NCBI GenBank assembly: GCA_965223345.1
Contig: CBDCWG010000012.1
Span: 1,792,001 to 1,856,000 of the forward strand
Reading direction: 5' to 3'
DNA: 64,000 nucleotides
Source of the DNA: Nitrospinales bacterium
Lineage (GTDB): Bacteria > Nitrospinota > Nitrospinia > Nitrospinales > VA-1
In this document: positions 38,058-48,218 of the stretch, in pieces
Layout: every line of letters begins with the position of its first letter
Numbering within the stretch: the first letter of the stretch is position 1
Translations under genes and position numbers: made by a program
Notes under the pieces: model-generated
What the model saw: only the letters and a program-made list of their open reading frames with translations
The model's database searches: none
What the model was told of the DNA's origin: nothing

Positions 38058-39341
38058 ATGGCATACGAGCTGTTCGTCAGCCTCAGGCACCTCAAGGCCA
38101 AACGGACGCAGAAATTCATCTCGGTCAACACCTGGATCTCGATCGGCGGCGTGGCGCTCGGGGTCATGGCGCTGATCGTCGTCATCGCCGTCATGTCCGG
38201 CTTCACCAAGGATCTGCGCGACAAGATCCTCGGCACCAACAGCCACATGGTGGTGACCGACGTGCAGCGTCCGGGCATGAAAAACTACGGGGTGATCGTC
38301 GAGCAGGTCGAGGCGTTTCCCGGCGTGGTGACGGCGGCGCCGTTCATCCTGAATCAGGTGATGGTGACGTTCGGCGACACGGTGTCGGGCATCCTGGTGC
38401 GCGGTGTGGACGCCGAACGCGAAGGCGGGGTTTCGGATCTGGAGAAAAACCTCATTGAAGGGGAGCTTGAGTTTTTGAAGTCGGAAGCGGCGGCCGCGGC
38501 TTCGGAGGACATGGAGTTGCCGGCGCGGCCGGGCGTGATTCTCGGCAAGGAGCTCGCTAAAAGCATGAACGTGACGCTCGGCGAAGTGGTGTCGATGGTC
38601 TCGCCGACGTCGCAGGACCGGTCGTTTCGCCTGGTTCCGAAAATGCAGCTGTTCGAGGTCAAAGGCGTGTTCGAGTCGGGGATGTTCGAGTACGACTCCA
38701 ACCTGGCGTTTGTGTCCATCCCGGCGGCGCAGCGCTTTTTTTCCATGCCGGACGCGGTGACGGGTGTGGAAGTCTGGGTCGAGGACATCGAGCAGGCGGC
38801 GGTGATGGCGGCCGCGATCCAGAAGAAGCTCGGCTTTCCCTATTACGTGAAAGACTGGATGCGCATGAACAAAAACCTGTTCGCGATGCTGCATCAGCAA
38901 AAAAACATGCTGTTCATCATTCTCGTCCTCATCATCCTGGTGGCGGCGTTCAACATCATCAGCACGCTGTTCATGGTGGTGATGGAAAAGACCAAGGAGA
39001 TCGCCATCCTCAAATCGATGGGAGCCACGGGAAGGAGCATCGTCAAGATCTTCAGCTTTCAGGGTCTGATCATCGGCATCGTCGGCACCGCATTGGGCTG
39101 TATCGGCGGCTTCAGCATCGTGCCGAACCTCAACCCGATCGTCGGCGGCATCGAAAAGGTTTTCGGCATCACCGCGTTTCCGAGCAACGTGTATTTTCTC
39201 GACAAACTGCCGGACGACATTCAATGGGTGGATTCGTTCTGGATCGTGGTGTTCGCCATCGCCATCTGTTTTGTGGCTTCGTTGTATCCCGCATGGCGGG
39301 CGTCGAGACTCAACCCGGTGGATGGACTGCGCTATGAATGA
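38058..39341 (+). CDS. lipoprotein-releasing ABC transporter permease (LolC/E family), copy 2
   Basis: Highly similar tandem paralog of copy 1. Confidence 0.93.
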   Translation: MAYELFVSLRHLKAKRTQKFISVNTWISIGGVALGVMALIVVIAVMSGFTKDLRDKILGTNSHMVVTDVQRPGMKNYGVIVEQVEAFPGVVTAAPFILNQVMVTFGDTVSGILVRGVDAEREGGVSDLEKNLIEGELEFLKSEAAAAASEDMELPARPGVILGKELAKSMNVTLGEVVSMVSPTSQDRSFRLVPKMQLFEVKGVFESGMFEYDSNLAFVSIPAAQRFFSMPDAVTGVEVWVEDIEQAAVMAAAIQKKLGFPYYVKDWMRMNKNLFAMLHQQKNMLFIILVLIILVAAFNIISTLFMVVMEKTKEIAILKSMGATGRSIVKIFSFQGLIIGIVGTALGCIGGFSIVPNLNPIVGGIEKVFGITAFPSNVYFLDKLPDDIQWVDSFWIVVFAIAICFVASLYPAWRASRLNPVDGLRYE

Positions 39342-40056
39342 CACCGCCAATGCACCTGTGAAAGAGCGCATCCTCGAAGGCCGCGGGGTGCACAAAAGCT
39401 ACAAGACCAAACGGGAGATCCTGCACGTGCTCGCGGGTGCAGACATGCAGGTGATGACCGGAGAGGTGCTGGGGATCGTCGGCGCGTCCGGGGTGGGCAA
39501 GAGCACGCTGCTGCACGTTCTCGGCGGGCTGGACAAGCCCGATTCCGGCAAGATCCTGTTTCGCGGCGTGGACATCTACAGCAAGAACAGCGGTTACCTG
39601 GACAAGTTCCGCAATCTCAAGGTGGGATTCGTGTTCCAGTTTTTCAACCTGCTGCCGGATTTCACGGCGCTGGAAAACGCCATGTTTCCGGCGCTGATCC
39701 GCGACGCCAATAAAAAAACCGCGCAGGAAAGGGCGGAGGCGCTTTTGCTGCAGGTGGGCCTCAAGGACCGCATGCACCACAAGCCCGGTGAGTTGTCGGG
39801 CGGCGAGAGCCAGCGGGTGGCGCTGGCGCGCTCGCTGATGAACCAGCCCGATCTTCTGCTTGCGGACGAGCCGACGGGAAACCTGGACTCCACTTCGAGC
39901 GACGCGCTGATCGATCTGATCCGCAAGTTGAACGAGCAATTCAACCAGACCTTCGTGATCGTGACGCACAGCCAGCGGGTCGCCGGCAAAATGGATCGGG
40001 TGCTGCAACTGAAAGACGGCAAAGTCGGCCCCATCGACCGGCAAGTGATCATCTGA
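39334..40056 (+). CDS. lolD: lipoprotein-releasing ABC transporter ATP-binding protein
   Basis: GASGVGKST, GFVFQF, LSGGE, ADEPTGNLD; start overlaps the permease stop. Confidence 0.93.
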   Translation: MNDTANAPVKERILEGRGVHKSYKTKREILHVLAGADMQVMTGEVLGIVGASGVGKSTLLHVLGGLDKPDSGKILFRGVDIYSKNSGYLDKFRNLKVGFVFQFFNLLPDFTALENAMFPALIRDANKKTAQERAEALLLQVGLKDRMHHKPGELSGGESQRVALARSLMNQPDLLLADEPTGNLDSTSSDALIDLIRKLNEQFNQTFVIVTHSQRVAGKMDRVLQLKDGKVGPIDRQVII

Positions 40057-40088
40057 CCCCTGCCGGTTTGCCTGCGAGAGGAAACTTC

Positions 40089-41105
40089 ATGAACCTAGAA
40101 AAGATTGCGGCGCTGGTCGGCGGAACCGTGAACGGCGACGGTTCCCTGGAGATCTCGGGTCTCAGCGGCATCGTGGAAGCGGGACCGGGGCAGCTCACCT
40201 ACGCCGCGGATCGAAAATACCTCAAACAGCTCGCCCAATGCAAAGCTTCGGCGGTGCTGGTGCCCGAGACGATCGAAACCGCCTGCGCGCAGATCGTGGT
40301 GGCCAATCCGGCGCTGGCTTTCGCGAAACTGTTGTCCCTATTTCATCCTGCAAAACGCCCGCCGGCGGGGGTGGACTCCCAAGCCGCGGTCGGGAATGAC
40401 GTGCGGCTGGGCAAAGACGTGACCGTCTCGCCGTTCGTGGCGATCGGCGACCGCACCGCCATCGCGGACGGGGTGGTGCTGCATCCCGGCGTCTCCGTCG
40501 GCGCCGACTGCGTCGTCGGTGAAAACTGCGTGCTGCACGCCAACGTCACGCTGTATCCCGGCACGGTTCTGGGCCGCAATGTGATCCTGCATGCCGGGGT
40601 CGTCGTCGGTGCGGACGGGTTCGGCTACACGCCGGACGAGAAAGGCCGCCACTTCAAGATCCCGCAGGTCGGCAACGTGGTGATCGAGGACGACGTGGAG
40701 ATCGGCGCCAACTCCTGTGTGGACCGGGCGGCGCTCGGGACCACGCGCATCAAACAGGGAACCAAGATCGACAACCTGGTGCAGATCGCGCACAACTGCA
40801 CGGTGGGGGAGCACTCCATCCTGGTGGCCCAATCGGGCGTTGCCGGCAGTTCGCAACTGGGGCGCTATGTGGTGCTGGCGGGACAGGCGGGGGTGGCCGA
40901 TCACGTGACGATCGGCGATCAGGCGATTCTGACCGCCCGCGCCGGGACGTTCCGGGATCTGGAAGGCGGGCAGGCTTACGGCGGCAATCCTTCGGTTCCG
41001 CTCACCGCCTGGAAAAAATACGTCTCCCAGTTCCCCAAACTGCCGGAAATGGCCCGCAAAATTAAGGACCTGGAGGCCCGCCTGCAGGCCCTTGAAAAGA
41101 AATAA
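40089..41105 (+). CDS. lpxD: UDP-3-O-acylglucosamine N-acyltransferase
   Basis: Hexapeptide repeats, GADGFGY, KIPQVG, KIDNLVQIAHN. Confidence 0.97.
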   Translation: MNLEKIAALVGGTVNGDGSLEISGLSGIVEAGPGQLTYAADRKYLKQLAQCKASAVLVPETIETACAQIVVANPALAFAKLLSLFHPAKRPPAGVDSQAAVGNDVRLGKDVTVSPFVAIGDRTAIADGVVLHPGVSVGADCVVGENCVLHANVTLYPGTVLGRNVILHAGVVVGADGFGYTPDEKGRHFKIPQVGNVVIEDDVEIGANSCVDRAALGTTRIKQGTKIDNLVQIAHNCTVGEHSILVAQSGVAGSSQLGRYVVLAGQAGVADHVTIGDQAILTARAGTFRDLEGGQAYGGNPSVPLTAWKKYVSQFPKLPEMARKIKDLEARLQALEKK

Positions 41106-41256
41106 AAAACGGCCCCTGGAATGCGGCTGGAGGGGGGCGAATGCGCTGAAATGGGCGTGTTTGCAAGACAATTGAAAAATCGTGAATGGCCAGTTAGAAT
41201 ATTTATAGATTCCCGATTCGCCGGATTTTAACAATCGAATCCAAGGTTGGCCGTTT

Positions 41257-42318
41257 ATGACTACCATAGCCCGGACCGCTCTCGGTCTCAGTTGTCTGTT
41301 GCTGGTTTCCGCTTCGTCGCCGGTTTTGCAGGGCGACGCGCTTTTGCAATACGTCGAGAAGAAGCTGCGCAGAAACGCAGAAGTTCTCCGCCTCAACGCC
41401 AAGGTCATCGGCGATGCGGGCATGGCCCAGCTTGCCCAGTCTCCGCTTTTGCAAACCGTTTCCACGCTGGTCGTCTATCAGGGCGACGTGGGCGACGAGG
41501 GGCTCGCGGCTCTGGCGCAATCGCAGCATATCGGAAACCTCAAAGAGCTGTATCTGGAGAGCAACCGCATCAGCGATGCGGGCGCCAAAACCTTGGCGAG
41601 CTCGCCGGTGTTTTCCGGGCTGGAGGTGCTGAACCTGTACCGCAATCACATCAGCGACGCGGGCGCCATTGCCATCGCGGAATCGGACGTGCTGACCCGG
41701 CTGCATACGTTGAACCTCAACTACAACGGCATTCACGACGAGGGGGCGATCCGTCTGGCGACGTCGGAAAAACTGCTGAACGTCCACACGCTCGGTCTGG
41801 CCTACAACCACCTGGGAAAGGACGGGCACAAAGCCCTGCACCGTTTCGAGGTGAAGCAGACGCTCAAAGACCTGCACCGGGTTGACCGGCTCAAGAACAT
41901 GGGGGAGTATTATCTTGGGGAGGACGGTGTGTTCGCGCTGCTGGACCTTCCCTACGCGTCGGACCTCAAGGAGCTGGACCTGCGCAACAACGATCTCTCG
42001 GACAACGCCGTGGTGGCGCTCGCCCATTCGCCGAAACTGAAGGGGCTGGAATCGCTGAACCTGTCGGAAAACAACATCACCGATGTGGGGGCGGAGGCGC
42101 TGGCAGGCTCGCAAACGCTGTCCAATCTCAAGACACTGAACCTGAACTTCAACCGGATCGGCGACTCCGGCGCCAAAGCCATCGCCGTATCGCAATTTCT
42201 ATCCAACCTGGAATCGCTGAAACTGGGGCAGAACCGGATCGGTACGGAAGGGGCCAATGCGCTGGAGGAGTCCAAGACCCTGACCCAGCTCATCCATCCT
42301 ATATTCGGGTTTTATTGA
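41257..42318 (+). CDS. secreted leucine-rich repeat protein (28-residue, RI/GALA-like)
   Basis: Repeated LxxLxLxxNxIxDxGAxALA units; hydrophobic N-terminus. Confidence 0.9.
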   Translation: MTTIARTALGLSCLLLVSASSPVLQGDALLQYVEKKLRRNAEVLRLNAKVIGDAGMAQLAQSPLLQTVSTLVVYQGDVGDEGLAALAQSQHIGNLKELYLESNRISDAGAKTLASSPVFSGLEVLNLYRNHISDAGAIAIAESDVLTRLHTLNLNYNGIHDEGAIRLATSEKLLNVHTLGLAYNHLGKDGHKALHRFEVKQTLKDLHRVDRLKNMGEYYLGEDGVFALLDLPYASDLKELDLRNNDLSDNAVVALAHSPKLKGLESLNLSENNITDVGAEALAGSQTLSNLKTLNLNFNRIGDSGAKAIAVSQFLSNLESLKLGQNRIGTEGANALEESKTLTQLIHPIFGFY

Positions 42319-42468
42319 CGCCCTCCCGCGCAGCTAAACCCTTTGCTCCACGAGGTTTGGGGCAAGCGCCGCCGCTGGGGACCCAATTCCCGCTGGATCG
42401 CCATAACCGTCTATGTTACAATGATTTATGCAAAAACCACTGCTTTGAAACCCGAGTCCTGAGACAGC

Positions 42469-43437
42469 ATGCAACAGATTCTTGATTTCGAAAAAGAGAT
42501 ATTCGCCCTGGAAAACCAGATTCAGGAGCTGATTTCCCTGTCGCATATGTACGACAGCGTGGGCGACATCACGCATGAGATCGCCAAGCTCAAGAAAAAG
42601 CTTAGGCGCATGAAGCACGACGTGTTCGCCAACCTCAAGGGCTGGCAGAAGACCCAGGTCGCCCGGCATCCGGACCGGCCGTATTCTCTCGACTACATCG
42701 AGAATGTCTTCCACGACTTTCAGGAGTTGCACGGCGACCGACACGGCGGCTACGGGCCCTCCATCGTCGGCGGGCTGGGCAAGTTCGAAGACCAGTCGGT
42801 GATGATCATCGGCCACCAGAAGGGCAGAAACACCGAGGAGAAGATCTCGCGCAATTTCGGCATGTCGCAGCCGGCCGGTTACCGCAAGGCGCTCAGGCTC
42901 ATGAAGATGGCGGAGAAGTTCGATGTGCCCATCGTCACCCTCATCGACACGCCCGGCGCGTATCCCGGGGTGGACGCGGAGGAGAAGGGCCAGTCCGAGG
43001 CGATCGCCACCAATATGTACTCGATGATCGGGCTCAAAGTGCCCATCATCGTGTGCGTGATCGGCGAAGGCGGCTCCGGCGGCGCGCTGGCCATCGGCAT
43101 CGGCGACCGCATCCTGATGCTCGAGCACTCGGTCTATTCGGTGATCTCCCCGGAAGGCTGCGCCTCCATCCTGTGGGGCGACAAGAAAAAGGTCGAACAG
43201 GCCGCCGAAGCGTTGTGCATGACCGCCGACAGCCTGCTGAAACTCAGCGTCATCGACGAAGTGATCCGCGAACCGCTGGGCGGCGCCCACCGCAATCACA
43301 AGCAGGCCGCCATCATGATGAGAAAGGCCCTGCGGCATAACCTCAAAACCCTGTTTGCCAAATCCCCCGAGCAGCTGGTGCAGGAGCGCTACCAGAAGTT
43401 CCGCGGCATGGGCGTGTTCACCAACGGCACGGGCTGA
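42469..43437 (+). CDS. accA: acetyl-CoA carboxylase carboxyltransferase alpha
   Basis: ARHPDRP, IDTPGAYPG, GEGGSGGAL, YSVISPEG. Confidence 0.97.
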   Translation: MQQILDFEKEIFALENQIQELISLSHMYDSVGDITHEIAKLKKKLRRMKHDVFANLKGWQKTQVARHPDRPYSLDYIENVFHDFQELHGDRHGGYGPSIVGGLGKFEDQSVMIIGHQKGRNTEEKISRNFGMSQPAGYRKALRLMKMAEKFDVPIVTLIDTPGAYPGVDAEEKGQSEAIATNMYSMIGLKVPIIVCVIGEGGSGGALAIGIGDRILMLEHSVYSVISPEGCASILWGDKKKVEQAAEALCMTADSLLKLSVIDEVIREPLGGAHRNHKQAAIMMRKALRHNLKTLFAKSPEQLVQERYQKFRGMGVFTNGTG

Positions 43438-43601
43438 GCGTAACCCACCTTCCCGCAAGATCCCCAAACCCGACCTAGATCACATTTTGTTGTGATGCGG
43501 GTTCTTTTTTTCGCTCCGCATCCGTGATTCAATTCTAATCGGCCCTTTCCCTTCAGTTAAAATTTTCATTTACGGAATACGTTTCCTCCTGTCCGGATTG
43601 C

Positions 43602-44711
43602 ATGCGGATTTCGCCTTCAGAAAAGTACCGGGTATTCGCTTTGCTGTGTCTCGCGCTGGTTTTGATCAGCGCCCGCCCGGCTGTGAAAAGCGAGGCCACA
43701 AGCAAGTTTCTCGGCGTGCCGCCGCAGATCGCGACGGATTACATCTATGCGGTGGTCGCCGCCGGCCGGCGTTTTTATGCGGATCAGATCGTCGAGCGGC
43801 TGGGGAAAAACATCGCACTTGCGACCTCCGAGCGCTGGATGGACGAGAACACGCTGCCGCTGCCGACGCAGTTTCTCAAACTCTCCGCCGAAAGTACCAA
43901 CGCGCGCAACACGGGATTCAAGATCCGGCTGATCAGCCGGCGTCCGTTGAACGAAGCCAACGCGCCGCAGACGGTGTTTGAAAACCACGGCCTGCAGGGG
44001 CTGGCGGCGAAACCGGAGGAACCGTTCACATGGGTGGTCAAGACCGGCGGCCGCTGGACTTATCAGGCGATCTACCCGGACGTGGCGGTCTCGGAATCCT
44101 GTGTCACCTGCCACAACGCCCACCCCAAAGCCGCCAGACGCGACCACAAGCTGGGGGACGTGCTGGGCGGGCTGGTGATCCAGATCCCGCTGCGGCGGGT
44201 GCACATCGGTGATCAAGAGCATTTCGTCGTCACGCCGCAATCGGTCTCGGGCCACATCCACACGATCGTCGAATCGGACCGGATGGTGTATTCCAAGCAC
44301 ATCGTCAACCGGCTGCGCGACGCCAACGTGGTGGGGGCGTCGGAAAACTGGCGCGAGGACAACACGCTGCCGCTGCCGGCGCAGTTTCTTGCCAGCGCGC
44401 GCGAACTGACCCGGCGCTACCGGCCCGGCCTGGATTTCCGGCTGATCAGCCACTGGCCCATCAACTACCGCAACGGCGCGGCCAACGAGTTCGAGCGCAA
44501 CGCGCTGGATGCGGTGCGCGCGCGGCCGCACCGGCCCTTTTACGGGCAGAAATCGCTGGGCGGATTCCAGTATTTTCAGGGGGTTTTTCCGGATTATGCG
44601 GTCAGCGCCGCCTGCGTGCGCTGCCACAACGCCCATCCCAAAAGCCCGAAAAACGACTTCAAGCTCAACGACCTGATGGGGGCGCTGGTGGTCTCCTTCA
44701 CCTTCAAGTGA
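43602..44711 (+). CDS. tandem DUF3365 (Tll0287-like) di-heme c protein
   Basis: Two repeats each with LPLP.QFL and CxxCHNAHPK (CVTCH, CVRCH). Confidence 0.82.
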   Translation: MRISPSEKYRVFALLCLALVLISARPAVKSEATSKFLGVPPQIATDYIYAVVAAGRRFYADQIVERLGKNIALATSERWMDENTLPLPTQFLKLSAESTNARNTGFKIRLISRRPLNEANAPQTVFENHGLQGLAAKPEEPFTWVVKTGGRWTYQAIYPDVAVSESCVTCHNAHPKAARRDHKLGDVLGGLVIQIPLRRVHIGDQEHFVVTPQSVSGHIHTIVESDRMVYSKHIVNRLRDANVVGASENWREDNTLPLPAQFLASARELTRRYRPGLDFRLISHWPINYRNGAANEFERNALDAVRARPHRPFYGQKSLGGFQYFQGVFPDYAVSAACVRCHNAHPKSPKNDFKLNDLMGALVVSFTFK

Positions 44712-44838
44712 CCCGGTCTGGCGGCCGGCCTCAGACGCACTTTCTTCGCTTTTTTGCACCGATTTGAGGGAATAACCGGGGGCGGGAAGGGGTCTTTCCT
44801 AGCAAGGAGTTTCACTATTCTGCAAGGGAGGTCCGATC

Positions 44839-44964
44839 ATGAACGCCCATACTGGCACGCATCATACCCTCCACCCGATCCACAATACGGAATCCGTGCT
44901 GCACCGGGTTTTGCTGACCGCGTTGTTCCTGGTGGCCCTGATCGCCGGATTCGTCTTCCTGTGA
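44839..44964 (+). CDS. small His-rich single-pass membrane peptide (41 aa)
   Basis: GGGAGG RBS; MNAHTGTHHTLHPIHNTESVLHRVLLTALFLVALIAGFVFL; below the ORF-track length cutoff. Confidence 0.55.
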   Translation: MNAHTGTHHTLHPIHNTESVLHRVLLTALFLVALIAGFVFL

Positions 44965-44966
44965 TC

Positions 44967-47507
44967 TCACTCCGCCCGTGCGGCGGCCATGGGAGCGGCT
45001 TCCTTCTGTGTGTCGGGCCCCATGGGTTTGAAGACGATGATGAGCAGCGGCAGCAGAATCAGGTTGTTGAGCAGCGCCACGATCATGGCGAAACCGGTCA
45101 GCAGGCCGAAGTAGATCGTGGGGATGAAGTTGGACAGGGTGAGGATGGAAAAACCCAGGGTCACGGTGATGGAAGTGTAATACATGGCCCGTCCTGTGCT
45201 GCCGTGGCAGACGCGGACATTTTCCAGATAATCCGGTTTCTGTGCGAACTCTTCCTTGAACCGGCAGATGTAGTGGATGGTGTCGTCTACGGCGATGCCG
45301 ATGGTGATGGCGGCGATGGTGATCGTCATCATGTCCAGCGGTATGTGCAGCCAGCCCATGAGGCCGAGTACCAGACCGGCCGAAAGCAGGTTCGGTACGA
45401 TGCCGATCATGGCCAGGTAGACGCTTCGGAACAGGATTGCGAACATCAGTAGGATTGCCACGAACACCATCCCCAGAGTCAGGATCTGCGACTGATACAG
45501 GCTTTGCAGCATGTTGTTGTAAAGCACCGCCATGCCGGTGAAGCGGAAGCGGCTCCCGTCGATCCCCATTTCATCTTCCAGGTGACGTCGGATTTTTTCC
45601 ACCAGATCGCCGCGGTTGAGGTCCGGGTCGGCCTCGACGATGCGCATGTTGATGCGCACCTGATTCGCGTCCTCGGACAGGTAGGGCGTGATGAAGGCTT
45701 TTTTCGCTTCGGCGGGAAACAGTTTGCGGTACAGGGCCAGGTCGTAATCGTCGGGCACCCGGCCGTCGTTCAGCATCTTGACGATCTTGAAGGTCGTGGC
45801 GATGGAGACGACCTTGCCGATTTCCGGCAGCGATTCGAGATAGTCGTGGATGGCTTCCACGACTTCCAGCTGCTCGGCGTGGAACCAGTAGTTTTCATTG
45901 TTTTCCTCCTGCCCGCCGAACGGGTCCTCCTCGAACGGATCGTCCGCTTCTTCCGCTCTTTGCTGTTTCATCTCCTCAAGAAATTCGAAGTAATCCTGAT
46001 CCGGGTTGATCACGATGTCGAGCGGCGTGGTGCCGCCCAGCTTGCGGTCGATCAGGTTCATGCCCTGATAGATTTCCGTGGACGTCTTGAAGTAATCGAT
46101 GAAGCGGTTGTCCACCTGCAGGCGGAAAATGCCGAACACGCTGGCCAGGGTGAGGATAACGGTCAGGATCAGGATCCGGGTCTTCTGGTTGATGGTCAAG
46201 GCGGCGATGGACAGGGTGAGGATTTTGGTCCGGTCCTTGCCGTACACCGAGGGTTCCGGGTTCATCAGCGCCAGCAGCGACGGGAAAAAGATGAACGTCA
46301 GGATGAAGGCCACGGAGATGCCCATGGTCATGATCCAGCCGAAATCGATGACCGGACGGATGCCGCTGACCACCAGCGAGGTGAACGCCACGATGGTGGT
46401 GATGGCGGTGTAAAAACAGGGCTGGCCCATGTGCCGGATGGTCTCATCCACCAGTTCGGCCTGCCTGGCTTTGGGGTTCGCGGCATACAGCTCGCCGTAA
46501 CGCACGATGAGGTGGATGGTCCAGGAGATCGTGATGATCAGCAGGATGGAGATGAAATTGGACGAGATGACGGTGATGCGCCAGTCCAGATAGCCGAGAA
46601 ACCCGACCATGCTGAGGGCGGCGATGAAACAGCAGCCCATCGGCAGGATGATCCAGCGCTTGCGCCGGAAAAAGAACCACATCACCGCGATCATGAACAG
46701 TAGCACGCCCCAGCCGAAAATCGCAAGATCGCTCTTGATGAAATGGATCATGTCGGAGGTGATCATCGACACGCCGCCGAGGAACATATCAGCCTCGCCG
46801 CGGTATTGGTCCATCACCTCGCGCACGGCGACCACGTCTTCCGCCTGATAGTCGATGTAATGCGCCAGGTAGCGTTTGAACTCCTGCGACGCATCTGCCA
46901 GCGCCGCTTTCTCCTCGCCGGTCAGCCCTACGGTGCGTCTTTTCTCGCGCAGGTCGTTGCGTTTTTTGAGCAGGTCGAAATAAGTCTCGTCCCGTTCCAG
47001 ATACGCCAGCACCGCCGTGGTCTTGCCGTCCGGACTCACCAGCATCTTGTGGTAAATGGGGCTTTCCAGAAATTCCCGGCGCGCCATTTCCTTGTCCAGG
47101 CCGGGGGTTTTCAGCGTGCGGACCTCATTGTCCAGATCGGCGATGCTGATCTTGGGGCTGTTGAGCAGCGGCACGTCGAGGATGGTGACCACCGAATCGA
47201 CGCGCTCCAGTTTGGCGAGGTCGTCTCTCAGGTCTTCCAGGGTTTTCAGCGACTCATCGGAAAGCAGGTCTCCGCGCGGTGTGAAGGTGATGATGAGAAA
47301 ATCCTGCGAGCCGTATTTTTTGTTGATCTCACGGAAATAGCGCAGATCCTGGTCGTTTTCCAGCACCAGGGAATCGGCCGAAGCGTCCAGTTTGAAGTGC
47401 TTGGCAAACGATCCGATAACGGCGACGCCCATGAGCAACAGCACGAGGGACAGCAGCGGTTTCTTGAGGACGCTTTTTTCGTAAGCGCGAAGAATGAATG
47501 AAGTCAT
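44967..47507 (-). CDS. MMPL/RND family transporter
   Basis: Two TM blocks separated by large loops; GIAVDDTIH. Confidence 0.92.
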   Translation of the reverse strand: MTSFILRAYEKSVLKKPLLSLVLLLMGVAVIGSFAKHFKLDASADSLVLENDQDLRYFREINKKYGSQDFLIITFTPRGDLLSDESLKTLEDLRDDLAKLERVDSVVTILDVPLLNSPKISIADLDNEVRTLKTPGLDKEMARREFLESPIYHKMLVSPDGKTTAVLAYLERDETYFDLLKKRNDLREKRRTVGLTGEEKAALADASQEFKRYLAHYIDYQAEDVVAVREVMDQYRGEADMFLGGVSMITSDMIHFIKSDLAIFGWGVLLFMIAVMWFFFRRKRWIILPMGCCFIAALSMVGFLGYLDWRITVISSNFISILLIITISWTIHLIVRYGELYAANPKARQAELVDETIRHMGQPCFYTAITTIVAFTSLVVSGIRPVIDFGWIMTMGISVAFILTFIFFPSLLALMNPEPSVYGKDRTKILTLSIAALTINQKTRILILTVILTLASVFGIFRLQVDNRFIDYFKTSTEIYQGMNLIDRKLGGTTPLDIVINPDQDYFEFLEEMKQQRAEEADDPFEEDPFGGQEENNENYWFHAEQLEVVEAIHDYLESLPEIGKVVSIATTFKIVKMLNDGRVPDDYDLALYRKLFPAEAKKAFITPYLSEDANQVRINMRIVEADPDLNRGDLVEKIRRHLEDEMGIDGSRFRFTGMAVLYNNMLQSLYQSQILTLGMVFVAILLMFAILFRSVYLAMIGIVPNLLSAGLVLGLMGWLHIPLDMMTITIAAITIGIAVDDTIHYICRFKEEFAQKPDYLENVRVCHGSTGRAMYYTSITVTLGFSILTLSNFIPTIYFGLLTGFAMIVALLNNLILLPLLIIVFKPMGPDTQKEAAPMAAARAE

Positions 47508-47816
47508 GCGGTTGGATTCCCGGGGGGTGGACGGAGGAATGGTTGTTGTGAGTTAACGCCTGCCTGTGAGTCGCCTTGGCGACGGGTTGCTTTCAATTAA
47601 AAAAAAACGGAAGCCCATTGTATTTGTTTTTCTCCGTATTACAAATGCCAATCTTTGCAATTTCTCTCCAATCCGCTTTCTTGACAAGCAAAAAAGTGCG
47701 GTGAAAATTCCTCAAGGCCTTATTGCATAAGGCGCGGATCGATTGCGTCCGCGCGCGCTGCGAGTAACCCATTGAAAAAGATCTTTTTGGAATGCAGGTT
47801 GCGGTAGAATCGACTC

Positions 47817-48209
47817 ATGTCTCCTCATGTGATGCGCATCACGTTGCAGCTTGCAGGACTCTACAATGTTGTGTGGGGCGCGCTGGCGATTGGGTTTCCC
47901 GTGCAGAGCTTCACGCTTCTCGGCATGCCGCCGCCCCTGTATCCGCAGCTCTGGCAATGCATCGGCATGATCGTCGGCGTGTACGGGGTGGGCTACTGGA
48001 TCGCCGCGTACGATCCGCTCACCCACTGGCCGATCGTGCTGGTGGGGTTTCTCGGCAAGATCCTGGGACCGTTGGGGTTTGCCGGGGCGCTGCTGACCGG
48101 CGAGCTGCCGCTCATCTTCGGCGTGCACATCCTGACCAACGACCTGATCTGGTGGGTCCCGTTCGCGCTCATTCTGAAAGCCGCCTGGCAATCCCGGCGT
48201 GCGCCGTAA
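47817..48209 (+). CDS. small membrane protein of unknown function
   Basis: AGLYNVVWG, WQCIGMIVGVYG, GKILGP, TNDLIWW. Confidence 0.75.
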   Translation: MSPHVMRITLQLAGLYNVVWGALAIGFPVQSFTLLGMPPPLYPQLWQCIGMIVGVYGVGYWIAAYDPLTHWPIVLVGFLGKILGPLGFAGALLTGELPLIFGVHILTNDLIWWVPFALILKAAWQSRRAP

Positions 48210-48218
48210 CCGGCCGGC

